A DNA stretch of 64,000 bases from Actinobacteria bacterium casp-actino5 (GTDB lineage Bacteria; Actinomycetota; Acidimicrobiia; Acidimicrobiales; Ilumatobacteraceae), in the NCBI GenBank assembly GCA_001510385.1, contig LFFE01000011.1:94922-158921 (forward strand). Reading direction: 5' to 3'. Both the position numbers and the translations under genes were made by a program. Within the stretch, counting starts at the first letter, position 1. Every line of letters starts with the position of its first letter. Shown piece by piece: positions 40,134-50,622 of the stretch. The notes under the pieces are model-generated. The model searched no databases. It was not told where the DNA came from and saw only the letters and a program-made list of their open reading frames with translations.

Positions 40134-41453
40134 ATGTCTGATAACGCAAAGAAACTCGGTTTTGACACTCGCCAGATTCATGTTGGGGGAGACCCAGACC
40201 CGGCGACAGGTGCCCGCGCCGTACCGATCTATCAAACAACGTCCTACGAGTTTCGCGACACTGAGCATGCAGCCAACCTGTTTGCACTTGCCGAGGTCGG
40301 GAACATCTACACCCGCATTATGAACCCGACGCAGGCAGCACTTGAGGCTCGGCTCAATGACCTCGAGGGCGGATGCACGACAGCGATCGGAATTCCAGGT
40401 GCGCTTGCGACTGCATCTGGGCAGGCAGCCGAAACCCTTGCAATTCTCACCGTAGTTGAAGCGGGACATCACATCGTCGCCTCACCATCGCTGTACGGAG
40501 GTTCGTACAACCTGTTGCACTACACCCTCCCGAAAATGGGTATCGACGTCACCTTTGTCGACGATCCGCACAATCTCGACCAATGGCGCGCCGCTGTTCG
40601 TGATAACACCCGGTTGTTCTATGGCGAGGTATTGCCAAACCCGAAGAATGACATGTTCGACATCGAAGGTGTCTCGGGGGTTGCACACGCTGAAGGAATT
40701 CCGCTGATGGTGGATAACACCGTTGCGACTCCGTACCTCGTTCGTCCGTTGGAATGGGGTGCCGACATCGTTGTGCACTCGCTGACCAAGTTCATGGGCG
40801 GCCACGGAACGTCAGTTGCTGGTGGAATTGTCGATGGCGGAACATTCGACTACGCGGCCTCAGGCCGGTTCTCGAACTTCACTGAGCCCGACCCGAGTTA
40901 TCACGGCCTTGCGTATTTCCCGGCACTCGGCCACGGAGCAATGATCCTCAAAGCTCGTGTTCAGATGCTTCGTGACCTTGGTATGGCGATTTCACCGTTC
41001 AATGCGTTCATGATCCTGCAGGGAATGGAGACGCTGAGCCTTCGTATGGAACGACACTTTTCGAATGCCCAAGTGGTCGCTGAGTTCCTTGATGCTCACC
41101 CGCAAGTTGAGTCGGTGAATTACGCCGGACTTGCATCGAGCGAATGGAACGAGCGTGCGACTCGCTTGGGTGGGGGTCGCGGCTATGGGTCGGTTCTTGC
41201 CTTCGAGATCAAGGGTGGTCTTGAGGCTGGCAAGAAGTTTGTTGAGGGCCTTGATTTGCACAGCCATGTTGCAAACATCGGAGATGCGCGAAGCCTGGTG
41301 ATTCATCCGGCAAGCACAACCCATTCGCAGCTCAGCCCCGAAGAGCAGGCCGCGAGCTCGGTGACCCCAGGTCTCATTCGGCTCTCGGTCGGGCTTGAGA
41401 GCATTGAGGACATCCTTGATGACCTGCGTTCTGGCTTTGCTGCTGCATCGTAG
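40134..41453 (+). CDS. metY: O-acetylhomoserine aminocarboxypropyltransferase (sulfhydrylase)
   Basis: [39 protein letters not shown] (PLP-Lys), IRLSVGLE. Confidence 0.9.
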   Translation: MSDNAKKLGFDTRQIHVGGDPDPATGARAVPIYQTTSYEFRDTEHAANLFALAEVGNIYTRIMNPTQAALEARLNDLEGGCTTAIGIPGALATASGQAAETLAILTVVEAGHHIVASPSLYGGSYNLLHYTLPKMGIDVTFVDDPHNLDQWRAAVRDNTRLFYGEVLPNPKNDMFDIEGVSGVAHAEGIPLMVDNTVATPYLVRPLEWGADIVVHSLTKFMGGHGTSVAGGIVDGGTFDYAASGRFSNFTEPDPSYHGLAYFPALGHGAMILKARVQMLRDLGMAISPFNAFMILQGMETLSLRMERHFSNAQVVAEFLDAHPQVESVNYAGLASSEWNERATRLGGGRGYGSVLAFEIKGGLEAGKKFVEGLDLHSHVANIGDARSLVIHPASTTHSQLSPEEQAASSVTPGLIRLSVGLESIEDILDDLRSGFAAAS

Positions 41454-41468
41454 TTGAGGCTCAGGCGG

Positions 41469-43793
41469 TCACTGGGTGCTCATCCCAGCGCGCCACATCC
41501 CTTCCTCAACCAACAGTTTGATCGCTGGATCAGGCTCTGACATTCGCTCGAGTGTCACACCAGAGATCGCTGCCGTGCATCGGTAGTCATGCGGGTAGGG
41601 GCCAACTGCTGAGCCAGTATCGATGCCAACGTCGAACGTTTCGCCACTCATGGAGTACACGAGTGGAACGGTGCGCTCAATTCGGGCGCCGGTCACGATG
41701 GTGCCATCGACGCTCATGACGATGTCGCCTCCGGCTCCGAAGCCTCCGTCGTAGACAAAGTCAACGACGATGACGTGATGTCCGCTGGTCAATGCCGTGC
41801 CGCTGATCGTCGTGATGTCATGGCCAAAACAGTTGTAGGTGAAGTGTGGACTGTTATCGCGCAGCCACATTGACCATCCCGACATGTTTCCGCCTTGGCA
41901 GGCGATAACTCCTTCGTCACCATCGCTGACGGTGATCTCGCCGGTGATCCGCCATGAGCAATTCTTCAGGTTGATCACCGATGATTCAGGCATTCTGACG
42001 TGCGAGGTCGAATAGGTCATCGAGGTTGCGCTTCCGAGTGAGTGAGGAACCGCAAGATCCCCATTGCGTGATGACCCAGCGTCCCGGAGGGGATAGATGC
42101 CGAGACGACGAGCCTCGGTATCGAAGAGTTCCCTCAGCTCGGCTAGTCGTTCTGGGTGTTCTGCGGCAAGATCGACTGATTGTGAATAGTCGTTCTTGAC
42201 GTCGTACAGCTCCCATTTCTCGTCTGGGCCGTCAAATTCGTAGGCCTGCATTCTGATCCACGGCACACGACCGTGGAAGCATGAGGCAATCCAGCCGTCG
42301 TGGTACATCGCACGATTGCCGAGTATCTCGAAGTACTGGGTTGTGCGAGTGCTCTCGCCATCTGCGTCAAAGGTGTAGTTCATTGGGACACCGTCGAGAC
42401 TCATCTGATCAATGCCGTTTACCTTGTCGGGTGGCGTAATGCCGGCAGCTGCATAAATCGTTGGAGCGATATCGACCACGTGATGAAACTGCGATCGCAC
42501 ACCACCGGCGTCGGAAATACTGTTGGGCCACGAGATTGCGAGACCGTTTCGGGTGCCACCGAAGTGTGAGGCAACTTGTTTCATCCATTGGAATGGTGAG
42601 TCAAGCGCCCACGCCCAACCAACGTTGAAATGGTTTTCGCAGCGAGCGGTTCCGAAGTCGTCAATGTGCTCTAGCAGCCATTCGGGATCCTCGTGCACGC
42701 CGTTCTGGAATGACGGAGCGCTCCACGCTCCATGGATCGTTCCTTCTGCTGAGGCACCGTTGTCGCCGGTGAGATAGATGATGAGCGTTTCAGTTCCGTG
42801 GCGTTCATCGAGTCTGCGCGTTGCATCGATCACTCGTCCGATGTGGTGATCGGTATGGGCGAGAAATCCCGCAAAGCACTCCATGAGTCGTGTAGCAACC
42901 GGGCGGTAACGCTCCGGGTAATCCTCCCATGCAGGGATTTGCTCAGGTCGTGGGGTGTTGATTGAAGCAGGTGGAATTACGCCGAGTTCAAGTTGACGGG
43001 CGTAAATCTCGTTGCGTAGCGAATCCCAGCCTGCGTCGAATTGACCGGCAAACCGGTCGATCCACTCGGGTGGTGCATGGTGCGGGGCGTGGACCGCCGG
43101 CGTGGAGAAGTAACAGAACCAGGGCCGATCAGGGGTTGATGCTCGTTGTCGTTCAAGCCATTCGATGGCGCGGTCGGCAAGGTCTTCGGTGAGGTGATAC
43201 TCAGGTCGACCGACGTGGGGTGACACCGGGGTGGTTTGGTCGTAGACGGCAGGTTCCCATTGCGAGGCTTCCGCTCCGATGATGCCGTAGAACCGATCAA
43301 AGCCGAGACCGGTTGGCCAGCGGTCGAACGGACCTGACGGGCTCTGCTCCCACGACGGTGCGAGGTGCCATTTTCCGAAGCACGAGGTCGAATACCCAGA
43401 CATGCGAAGGACTTCCGCCACTGACCCAGCTTCTCGAGGAATTGCAGAGTCGTAGCCTGGATACGAGTTTGCAATCTCGGTGATTCCACCCATATGTACC
43501 CGATGGTGCTGCCGGCCGGTGAGAAGTGCAGCGCGCGTCGGCGAGCACAACGCCGTGGTGTGGAACTGGTTATAGGTCAGCCCCTTATCTGCGACGCTCT
43601 GTAGTGCGGGTGACGGAACCGGTCCGCCGAATGTCGACATCGAACCAAATCCGACATCGTCGAGCATGATGAGCAGCACATTTGGGGCACCATCAGGTGC
43701 TGTGCGTTGGCTGAATGATGCAGGGGTTGAGTCAGAGAGCAGTCGTTCAATGTTGCCCTCAAACGGTTGCGAGGAATGCGGTAACTGCGTCAT
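41469..43793 (-). CDS. large type I arylsulfatase (AtsA-like, ~775 aa)
   Basis: NVLLIMLDDVGFG and the formylglycine motif LCSPTRAALLTGR. FGKWHL, and the length is like mycobacterial AtsA. Start trimmed to the ATG at 43793, 4 nt after the upstream stop. Confidence 0.88.
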   Translation of the reverse strand: MTQLPHSSQPFEGNIERLLSDSTPASFSQRTAPDGAPNVLLIMLDDVGFGSMSTFGGPVPSPALQSVADKGLTYNQFHTTALCSPTRAALLTGRQHHRVHMGGITEIANSYPGYDSAIPREAGSVAEVLRMSGYSTSCFGKWHLAPSWEQSPSGPFDRWPTGLGFDRFYGIIGAEASQWEPAVYDQTTPVSPHVGRPEYHLTEDLADRAIEWLERQRASTPDRPWFCYFSTPAVHAPHHAPPEWIDRFAGQFDAGWDSLRNEIYARQLELGVIPPASINTPRPEQIPAWEDYPERYRPVATRLMECFAGFLAHTDHHIGRVIDATRRLDERHGTETLIIYLTGDNGASAEGTIHGAWSAPSFQNGVHEDPEWLLEHIDDFGTARCENHFNVGWAWALDSPFQWMKQVASHFGGTRNGLAISWPNSISDAGGVRSQFHHVVDIAPTIYAAAGITPPDKVNGIDQMSLDGVPMNYTFDADGESTRTTQYFEILGNRAMYHDGWIASCFHGRVPWIRMQAYEFDGPDEKWELYDVKNDYSQSVDLAAEHPERLAELRELFDTEARRLGIYPLRDAGSSRNGDLAVPHSLGSATSMTYSTSHVRMPESSVINLKNCSWRITGEITVSDGDEGVIACQGGNMSGWSMWLRDNSPHFTYNCFGHDITTISGTALTSGHHVIVVDFVYDGGFGAGGDIVMSVDGTIVTGARIERTVPLVYSMSGETFDVGIDTGSAVGPYPHDYRCTAAISGVTLERMSEPDPAIKLLVEEGMWRAGMSTQ

Positions 43794-43797
43794 CGGA

Positions 43798-45495
43798 TCA
43801 CGACCCGAACGCTGGGTGGTCGAGTGCTCCGAAGGCGGCCAGCACGGTCTTGGACTCACCATCGATTGTCACATTGCCACTATTGATTGCTTCGGTAAGT
43901 GTTGTCGAGCCAGTGAGAAGAGCATCCCAGGTCGCCCGATTGCAGGACAGCGAATGTGAGGCAGTCGCGCCATCGGTTGGGCACAAAATATGGTTTCGGA
44001 AGTGGAGTCCGCAGCGTTCGTCGTCCACGTGAAGTGCGATATGGCAGTTGATCCCAGCCAGCTTCTCTGGCTCGACCATGACTCGCAGTACGCTTGCCGA
44101 AGTTGCGAGGTCCCAGCCAGAAACCTGCCGCCGTCCGAGTCGGTGTGTTCGGTGACGCAGCATGTCGATTGAGCCCTCGACATCGAGTGCTTTGGTGATG
44201 CACCAATTTCTCACGTTCGCACTCGGTGTTCGCCGGGCCGCAGTACGAAGCGCAGTAGCGAGGAGCCTCCGATCCTCGTCGGTGGCATCATCATGATGAG
44301 CGAGTTGAGCAGCAAGGTAGAGCCCCCAGCGAAGGTCGTTGGAGATGGCCGTTGCACATCGTTCTCGAACCGCTTCTTGGCCACCCATTGCTTCTATGAG
44401 ATGAGCTGCGTGGTCATGTGTGTTGAGAGGAAGGATGTTGGCCGGGTCGCCATCAAAGAACCCAAATAGGCCGTTTCGAATTTGTCGGGCATGGTGTTCT
44501 GCGATGCCGTAGTGCTGTTGGGTGAGCCAGTCATCACCAAACAGCGGCGGCAGTTGAACACGGTGTGCAAGCTCAGCCGAGGTGGCGCCGCGGTTTGTCC
44601 ATCGCACGGTTTGGTCCCATAAGAACTGGATCGAGTCGCGATAGGCGAGGAGCCGTGAGTCGATTTCGTCTGCTCCTGATAGCGGCGGCCCGTGAGTTGC
44701 AACCAAGTGGTCAGCGCCGAGTGCATGAAGGTGGTCAAGCCCGGTGAGCAAGACACGCGGATCTCGGTACTCCTCGCCGCGGATCGCGAACACGTTGAAC
44801 AGCGCTGGCCACATGATGTTGTGCACCGCAACCCCCAGACTTGGTATCCATAGTGTCACCGAGTCGTCGGCGTCTGAGGGGGCAGGAGTGACTTCGATGG
44901 TGAGGCCTGCCACGTCGATCGTGGTGGCTTCAGCGAAGGTGTGGGTTGCTGGAATGTGGCCAGATGAATAGGGAGCGTGCTCGGGCATGCGGTACGCCCG
45001 ACCGAGTCCGACATTGACGTTGCCATCGGGGCCGTCGGCGGGAAGTTGCATCGCAAATTGCTCGACGAGTCCACGGCCATAGGCCGGCGCGATTTCGGTC
45101 GCGGACCGACGAAGGTTGCCCTCGATTCGTTCATGGCCCCAGATGGCCGCGACCGGCTCGGAATCAAGAATCGCCTGGGTCCCGCTGACGTAATGAAAGT
45201 GTGTGTAAATGACCGCAACGACAGGCACGTCGCTAACTGTCCGTAGTTCGATGAGGGCGTCGCGCATCTCTTCGATCGATTCGCCCGTGTCGATCGCGAT
45301 GATGCCGCCTGGAGCGGTGATAAAGGTCTGATTCGATAAGCCATTGCCAACAAGGCACCACACGCCATCACTCACCTGATGCAGCGTTCGCGCCAGGCGA
45401 GCGCTGTGTTCGACCAGGGACGCATGGGCGACCTGGCCGCGCAGGTCGGTTGTCGTCATCGAGTCGTCATCGAGTAATCCTCGTGTATCCCCCAT
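43798..45495 (-). CDS. alkyl-sulfatase-like (SdsA1/BDS1-type) MBL-fold protein with dimerisation and SCP2-like C-terminal domains; metal motif degenerate
   Basis: Colinear with my recollection of SdsA1: AVIYTHFHYVSGT vs AVIYSHSHADHFGG, LRGEEYRD, YHG..EHHARQIRNGLFGFFDGDPA, SCP2-like tail. Confidence 0.72.
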   Translation of the reverse strand: MGDTRGLLDDDSMTTTDLRGQVAHASLVEHSARLARTLHQVSDGVWCLVGNGLSNQTFITAPGGIIAIDTGESIEEMRDALIELRTVSDVPVVAVIYTHFHYVSGTQAILDSEPVAAIWGHERIEGNLRRSATEIAPAYGRGLVEQFAMQLPADGPDGNVNVGLGRAYRMPEHAPYSSGHIPATHTFAEATTIDVAGLTIEVTPAPSDADDSVTLWIPSLGVAVHNIMWPALFNVFAIRGEEYRDPRVLLTGLDHLHALGADHLVATHGPPLSGADEIDSRLLAYRDSIQFLWDQTVRWTNRGATSAELAHRVQLPPLFGDDWLTQQHYGIAEHHARQIRNGLFGFFDGDPANILPLNTHDHAAHLIEAMGGQEAVRERCATAISNDLRWGLYLAAQLAHHDDATDEDRRLLATALRTAARRTPSANVRNWCITKALDVEGSIDMLRHRTHRLGRRQVSGWDLATSASVLRVMVEPEKLAGINCHIALHVDDERCGLHFRNHILCPTDGATASHSLSCNRATWDALLTGSTTLTEAINSGNVTIDGESKTVLAAFGALDHPAFGS

Positions 45496-45537
45496 GAGCG
45501 AATAGTACGGGGTAGAGAATCTGCCGCCGTGCTCGGC

Positions 45538-46428
45538 CTATTCGTCATCGTTGTTGAGGTCGCGAAGGAACTCTTCAAGCTCAGCACCGAGATCATCGGC
45601 GCTTGGGATGACCGATTCGGCCCTTCGATCAAATTCGCGTTCAAGCATGGTCACGTACATTGCGAGTTGAGGATCTGTCGCAACGAGTTCGTCGTGCAGC
45701 ATTCGAGCCTGGTTGACATCGTTGCTGAGATCTCTGCCAGGCGCGACTCCGAGCACATGCGAAAGATGCGTTTGCAGCGAGCGAATTGCGAGCGGGTGAC
45801 TTGTATTCGAGAGGTAATGGGGGATACCAACTCGAAGGGAAATCGATGGAATTCCTGATGCCTCAAGTGTCGGGTGTAACACGCCAACCACGCCGGTGAC
45901 GCCTTGATACGACGGTGTGCTGAGTCCGAGACGTTGTGCAAGGTCACGATTGGTCGAGCTTCCGGTGACCATTGGTGAACGTGAATGTGGCACCTGCTCC
46001 GCACCAGCTCCAACTGTGACAACGAGTGAACACCCCAAGGTGTGGCAGGTCGAGACAATGGCGTCGCAATACGTTCTCCACGACAGATGTGGCTCGACGC
46101 CAAGTAACAGCACGACATCGCGAGAAGCATCATCGTGACGCCAAATATCGATACGATTTTGAGGCCACCTGATCGTTCGTATATGGCCCTCAATCATCTC
46201 AACCTGTGGACGCTCAATCGTGAAGTCGTAGAGAGGGTCTGGCTCGATTTCTCCGACCGTGACGCGGTGCTCTTCATCGAAGAGCGCTTCGATTGCAGCG
46301 CTTGCCGCACCAGCCATGTCGAACCAGCCCTCAAGTGCAACAACCATCACCGGGTTCCGCAATGGAAGGACGGATTCGGCGTCGAGCGTGAGAATTTCCT
46401 CGACGGTTGGCGTGAAGTCATCTGTCAC
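45538..46428 (-). CDS. PAC2 (proteasome assembly chaperone 2-like) family protein
   Basis: N-terminal PVMVVALEGWFDMAGAASAA signature and the ~300 aa actinobacterial PAC2 layout. GTGA overlap with the serC stop. Confidence 0.72.
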   Translation of the reverse strand: MTDDFTPTVEEILTLDAESVLPLRNPVMVVALEGWFDMAGAASAAIEALFDEEHRVTVGEIEPDPLYDFTIERPQVEMIEGHIRTIRWPQNRIDIWRHDDASRDVVLLLGVEPHLSWRTYCDAIVSTCHTLGCSLVVTVGAGAEQVPHSRSPMVTGSSTNRDLAQRLGLSTPSYQGVTGVVGVLHPTLEASGIPSISLRVGIPHYLSNTSHPLAIRSLQTHLSHVLGVAPGRDLSNDVNQARMLHDELVATDPQLAMYVTMLEREFDRRAESVIPSADDLGAELEEFLRDLNNDDE

Positions 46429-47555
46429 TTGACGAGATGCTCCATGACGTAGTCAATACAGGCGGTGAGCCGCTCAATGTCTGCTGGATCAATTGCTGGG
46501 AACATCCCGACTCGGAGCTGGTTGCGGCCAAGTTTGCGGTAACTGTCGGTGTCAACAATCCCGTTCGCCCGAAGCGCGGCGCTAATCGAAGTGGCTTCGA
46601 TGCTGTCATCAATGTCAATTGTTGCGACAACGTTGGAGCGCTTGGTGGGATCAGCGACGAACGGCGTTGCGAGCGGGTTCGCCTCGGCCCACCCATACAT
46701 GGTTGCGGCGGAGGTGGCAACTCGATCGGCAGCCCATGACGCTCCACCGTTGCTGAGCAACCATTCAATTTGAGAGTTGAACATGATGAGCGTTGCAAGA
46801 GCTGGGGTGTTATACGTCTGATTGAGTCGACTATTCGACAGTGCAATCCCAAGGTCGAGGGCCGCGGGCCGCCAACGGTCACTTGCGGCAATGCGCTCAA
46901 TTCGTTCGGTTGCAGCCGGCGAGCAGGCAGCAATCCAGAGACCGCCATCTGCAGCGAAACTCTTCTGTGGAGCAAAGTAATAGACGTCAACTTCTGATGG
47001 ACTCCATGTGATGCCACCAGCCGCGCTGGTGGCATCAACTGCGACGAGAGCGCTGCTGTCGATTCCTTGTGGGCGCGTCAACATCATCGCCACACCGGTT
47101 GAGGTTTCGTTATGAGTGAATGCGTAGAGGTCAATTCCCTGTTCTGCCACCGCCGTCGGGTGATCACCTGGCTCACAACTGATCACTGAAGGCTGGCCGA
47201 GATGTGGCGCGGCGGCTGAGGCGTCAGCAAATTTTGACGAGAACTCGCCAAATACGAGATGTTGGCTTCGTGATTCGATGAGGCCAAAGGTGGCGGCGTC
47301 CCAAAACATGGTCGACCCACCGTTACCGAGGACGATTTCCCATCCGTCGGGAAGACCAAAAAGTTCAGTTAGTCCGGAACGCACCGAACCGACCAAGTTT
47401 TTTACTGGTGCTTGACGGTGTGAGGTGCCCATGATCGATGTGGCGGCATCGCTGATGGCTGAGATTTGCTCCAGCCTGACCTTAGAAGGCCCACAGCCGA
47501 AACGGCCGTCTTCGGGGAGCATGTTGTTGGGGATGGTGATAGCGGAGGGTTCCAC
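46425..47555 (-). CDS. serC: phosphoserine aminotransferase (actinobacterial type)
   Basis: [13 protein letters not shown]-terminus, HNETSTGV, and [14 protein letters not shown] (PLP-Lys). Confidence 0.9.
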   Translation of the reverse strand: MEPSAITIPNNMLPEDGRFGCGPSKVRLEQISAISDAATSIMGTSHRQAPVKNLVGSVRSGLTELFGLPDGWEIVLGNGGSTMFWDAATFGLIESRSQHLVFGEFSSKFADASAAAPHLGQPSVISCEPGDHPTAVAEQGIDLYAFTHNETSTGVAMMLTRPQGIDSSALVAVDATSAAGGITWSPSEVDVYYFAPQKSFAADGGLWIAACSPAATERIERIAASDRWRPAALDLGIALSNSRLNQTYNTPALATLIMFNSQIEWLLSNGGASWAADRVATSAATMYGWAEANPLATPFVADPTKRSNVVATIDIDDSIEATSISAALRANGIVDTDSYRKLGRNQLRVGMFPAIDPADIERLTACIDYVMEHLVK

Positions 47556-47661
47556 ACCTCAAGGATGGCAGGCAGCCAGCGCGACTACTACGCCGTGGGG
47601 AGAACATTTCATTTATGAAAGCGACGTTGGCGGGGTGAAGTGCTGTAAATGCTGGCAGAGT

Positions 47662-48861
47662 ATGGGTGTGAATCGAGTGTCATCCCGTCTTGCATCTATT
47701 GCTCCTTCTGCAACCCTTGCCGTCGACTCGAAAGCGAAGGCGTTGAAAGCGCAAGGAGAGAACGTCATCGGTTTTGGTGCCGGTGAGCCGGATTTTCCTA
47801 CACCGGCCCACATCGTTGATGCCGCCGCTGCAGCCTGCCACGAGGTGAAGAACCACCGATATTCACCAGCAGGTGGCCTTCCTGAACTGCGCGAGGCGAT
47901 TGCCGCAAAGACCATGCGCGATTCATCGTTCGAGATTTCCTCTGACCAAGTTCTCGTGACGAACGGTGGCAAGCACGCCGTTTACACCGCATTTGCTGCA
48001 CTATGTGATCCGGGTGATGAAGTGATCTGTCCTGCGCCGTACTGGACGACGTACCCCGAGGCAATCGTGCTCGCTGGCGGAGTTCCTGTCGTCATCGAAA
48101 CCGATGACGCTGCCGGGTTCAAAGTCACCGTCGACCAGCTGGAGGCAGTGCGTACCCCTCGCACGAAAGTGTTGCTCTTTGTGAGCCCCGATAACCCTTC
48201 TGGCGCGGTATACACCCCTGACGAGATTGCGGAAATCGGTCGCTGGGCTGTTGAGCATGGTGTGTGGGTGCTGACTGACGAGATTTACGAACACCTCGTC
48301 TATGGCGATAACGAGTTCGCTTCCATGCCAACGCTGGTCCCCGAAGTCGCAAATCAATGTGTCGTCGTTAACGGTGTCGCAAAGACGTACGCAATGACAG
48401 GCTGGCGTGTTGGCTGGATGGTTGGGCCCACTGATGTCATCAAGGCCGCCACGAACTTCCAGTCGCATGCAACGTCAAACGTTGCGAACGTTGCTCAGCA
48501 GGCAGCCCTCGCCGCGGTAGCTGGTCCGTTAGATGACGTTGCGATGATGAGAGTGGCCTTTGAACGTCGTGGAACCGAGATGCACCGCCTGCTCACGGCA
48601 ATCCCAGAAGTGACCTGTATTGAGCCACAAGGGGCGTTTTACTGCTTTCCTAATGTGACTGGTCTGCTCGGCCGGCCGCTCGGGGGTGCGGTTGCGAATA
48701 CCACGCTTGAACTCGCCGATCTTGTGCTGACCGAAGCAAAGGTTGCATTCGTCCCGGGTGAAGCCTTTGGTGCTCCTGGCTACGCGCGCTTTTCCTTCGC
48801 GCTCGGTGATGACGACATTGCAGAGGGGATCTCTCGCATTGCCGACCTAGCTGCTCGCTGA
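47662..48861 (+). CDS. class I/II pyridoxal-phosphate aminotransferase (aspartate aminotransferase)
   Basis: [36 protein letters not shown] (PLP-Lys), ARFSFA. Start trimmed to the ATG at 47662. Confidence 0.9.
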   Translation: MGVNRVSSRLASIAPSATLAVDSKAKALKAQGENVIGFGAGEPDFPTPAHIVDAAAAACHEVKNHRYSPAGGLPELREAIAAKTMRDSSFEISSDQVLVTNGGKHAVYTAFAALCDPGDEVICPAPYWTTYPEAIVLAGGVPVVIETDDAAGFKVTVDQLEAVRTPRTKVLLFVSPDNPSGAVYTPDEIAEIGRWAVEHGVWVLTDEIYEHLVYGDNEFASMPTLVPEVANQCVVVNGVAKTYAMTGWRVGWMVGPTDVIKAATNFQSHATSNVANVAQQAALAAVAGPLDDVAMMRVAFERRGTEMHRLLTAIPEVTCIEPQGAFYCFPNVTGLLGRPLGGAVANTTLELADLVLTEAKVAFVPGEAFGAPGYARFSFALGDDDIAEGISRIADLAAR

Positions 48862-48915
48862 CTTCACTTCGTTCATCTCATTCGGACTAGCGTTCGAAGT
48901 GGGGAAAGGAGTGTC

Positions 48916-50622
48916 ATGGCAGAGCATGAACTCGTTATTCGTAACGGCACGGTCATTGACGGAACTGGCGCAGATCGAGTGATTGGTGACGTCGCGGTCT
49001 CGAACGGTGTGATCACCGAAGTTGGATCAGTATCTGGGTCGGGAAAGCGTGAAATTGACGCTGAGGGTCATCTGGTTACTCCGGGTTTTGTTGACATCCA
49101 TACCCATTACGACGGTCAAGCAACCTGGGACTCTGCTCTTGCCCCGTCAAGTTGGCATGGGGTAACGACGGTCGTAATGGGGAACTGTGGCGTGGGATTT
49201 GCTCCGGTCTATGAGCACAACCGTGAGCGACTGATTCAGTTGATGGAAGGTGTTGAGGACATCCCAGGCACAGCCCTGCATGAGGGTCTTTCATGGAATT
49301 GGTCAAGTTTCCCTGAGTATCTAGATGAACTTGAGCGCCGTCCCCGCGATATTGATCTAGGTACACAGTTGCCCCACGGGTCGCTTCGACTGCATGTGAT
49401 GGGAGAGCGAGGAGCGACTCAAGAACCGGCCACTCCAGATGACATCGCAGAAATGGCTCGACTCGCCCGCGAAGCGGTTGAGGCTGGTGCGCTCGGGTTC
49501 TCGACAAGTCGAACCTTGAACCACCGTACGAGCCTTGGTGAGCCGACTCCGACATTGCGCGCAGAGGCTGATGAACTCGTCGGAATCGCGAAGGCCCTAG
49601 GCAAGGCAAAGAAAGGTGTGTTGCAGGCGGTCACGGACTTTATCGATCGTGACGCCGAACTGGACCTCTTTGAACGAATGGCTGCTGAGTCAGGACGCCC
49701 AATCTCTGTGTCGATCGCACAGGGGGCGAAGTCTGGTGATGACTGGAGGGTGGAACTTCAGCGTTTCGCTGATGCCTCAGCACGAGGCGTACAGATGCGT
49801 GGCCAGGTAGGGGCTCGCGCAGTCGGCCTGATGCTCGGGCTCGAAGCAACCCTTCATCCATTCATGTTCTCTGAGCCGTACAAGGCAATTGCTGATCGTC
49901 CACTCGCTGAACGTGTGGCCGTGATGAAAGATCCCGAACTCCGCCGCAAGATTATTGATGGTGCGCGGGTTGATGACACCTCGCTCGGAAGCCGTGCAAT
50001 TCATCGATATCGGTTCATTTTCCAACTCGGTAACCCGCCAAATTACGAACCAGATCCGTCAACATCAGTAGAAGCGATTGCCCGGCGCGAGGGCCGTGAG
50101 CCGCTTGAACTGCTCTACGACTGGATGCTGGAGCAGGATGGGCACGCATTGCTGTACCAGCCGATCCTGAACTGGTTTGGAGAGAACCTTGACGCGGTTG
50201 GCGAGATGCTGTTGCACCCAGCGACGGTCCCCGGTCTCTCTGATGGTGGTGCGCACGTCGGAACGATTTGCGATGTGAGTTTCCCGACGACATTGCTGCA
50301 ATGGTGGGGGCGTGATCGCCCAACTGGCCGAATTCCTGTAGAGACGCTGATCGCGAAACAGTGCCGTATGACGGCGGAAACCGTTGGGCTCACTGATCGC
50401 GGTGTGATCGGTGTCGGTCGACGGGCCGATCTCAACATCATCGATTTCGATGGACTTCAACTGCATGCGCCCGAGATGGCCTACGACCTACCTGCGGGTG
50501 GCAAGCGCATGTTGCAACGGGCTGATGGCTACCGTCACACTTTTGTTGCCGGCGTTGAAATCATGGCTGATGGCGAGTCAACCGGAGCGACGCCTGGACG
50601 TCTTGTGCGGGGTGGACGGTGA
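48916..50622 (+). CDS. N-acyl-D-amino-acid deacylase family amidohydrolase
   Basis: LVIRNGTVIDGTG, PGFVDIHTHYDGQ, GVTTVVMGNCG, LSDGGAH pattern of D-aminoacylases. Confidence 0.8.
   Translation: MAEHELVIRNGTVIDGTGADRVIGDVAVSNGVITEVGSVSGSGKREIDAEGHLVTPGFVDIHTHYDGQATWDSALAPSSWHGVTTVVMGNCGVGFAPVYEHNRERLIQLMEGVEDIPGTALHEGLSWNWSSFPEYLDELERRPRDIDLGTQLPHGSLRLHVMGERGATQEPATPDDIAEMARLAREAVEAGALGFSTSRTLNHRTSLGEPTPTLRAEADELVGIAKALGKAKKGVLQAVTDFIDRDAELDLFERMAAESGRPISVSIAQGAKSGDDWRVELQRFADASARGVQMRGQVGARAVGLMLGLEATLHPFMFSEPYKAIADRPLAERVAVMKDPELRRKIIDGARVDDTSLGSRAIHRYRFIFQLGNPPNYEPDPSTSVEAIARREGREPLELLYDWMLEQDGHALLYQPILNWFGENLDAVGEMLLHPATVPGLSDGGAHVGTICDVSFPTTLLQWWGRDRPTGRIPVETLIAKQCRMTAETVGLTDRGVIGVGRRADLNIIDFDGLQLHAPEMAYDLPAGGKRMLQRADGYRHTFVAGVEIMADGESTGATPGRLVRGGR

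Noticed and set aside
48862-48915. A possible terminator hairpin after the aminotransferase gene (ACTTCG...CGAAGT).
   Set aside because: The stem is only 6-7 bp, the loop is ~24 nt, and there is no T-run. It is not convincing.
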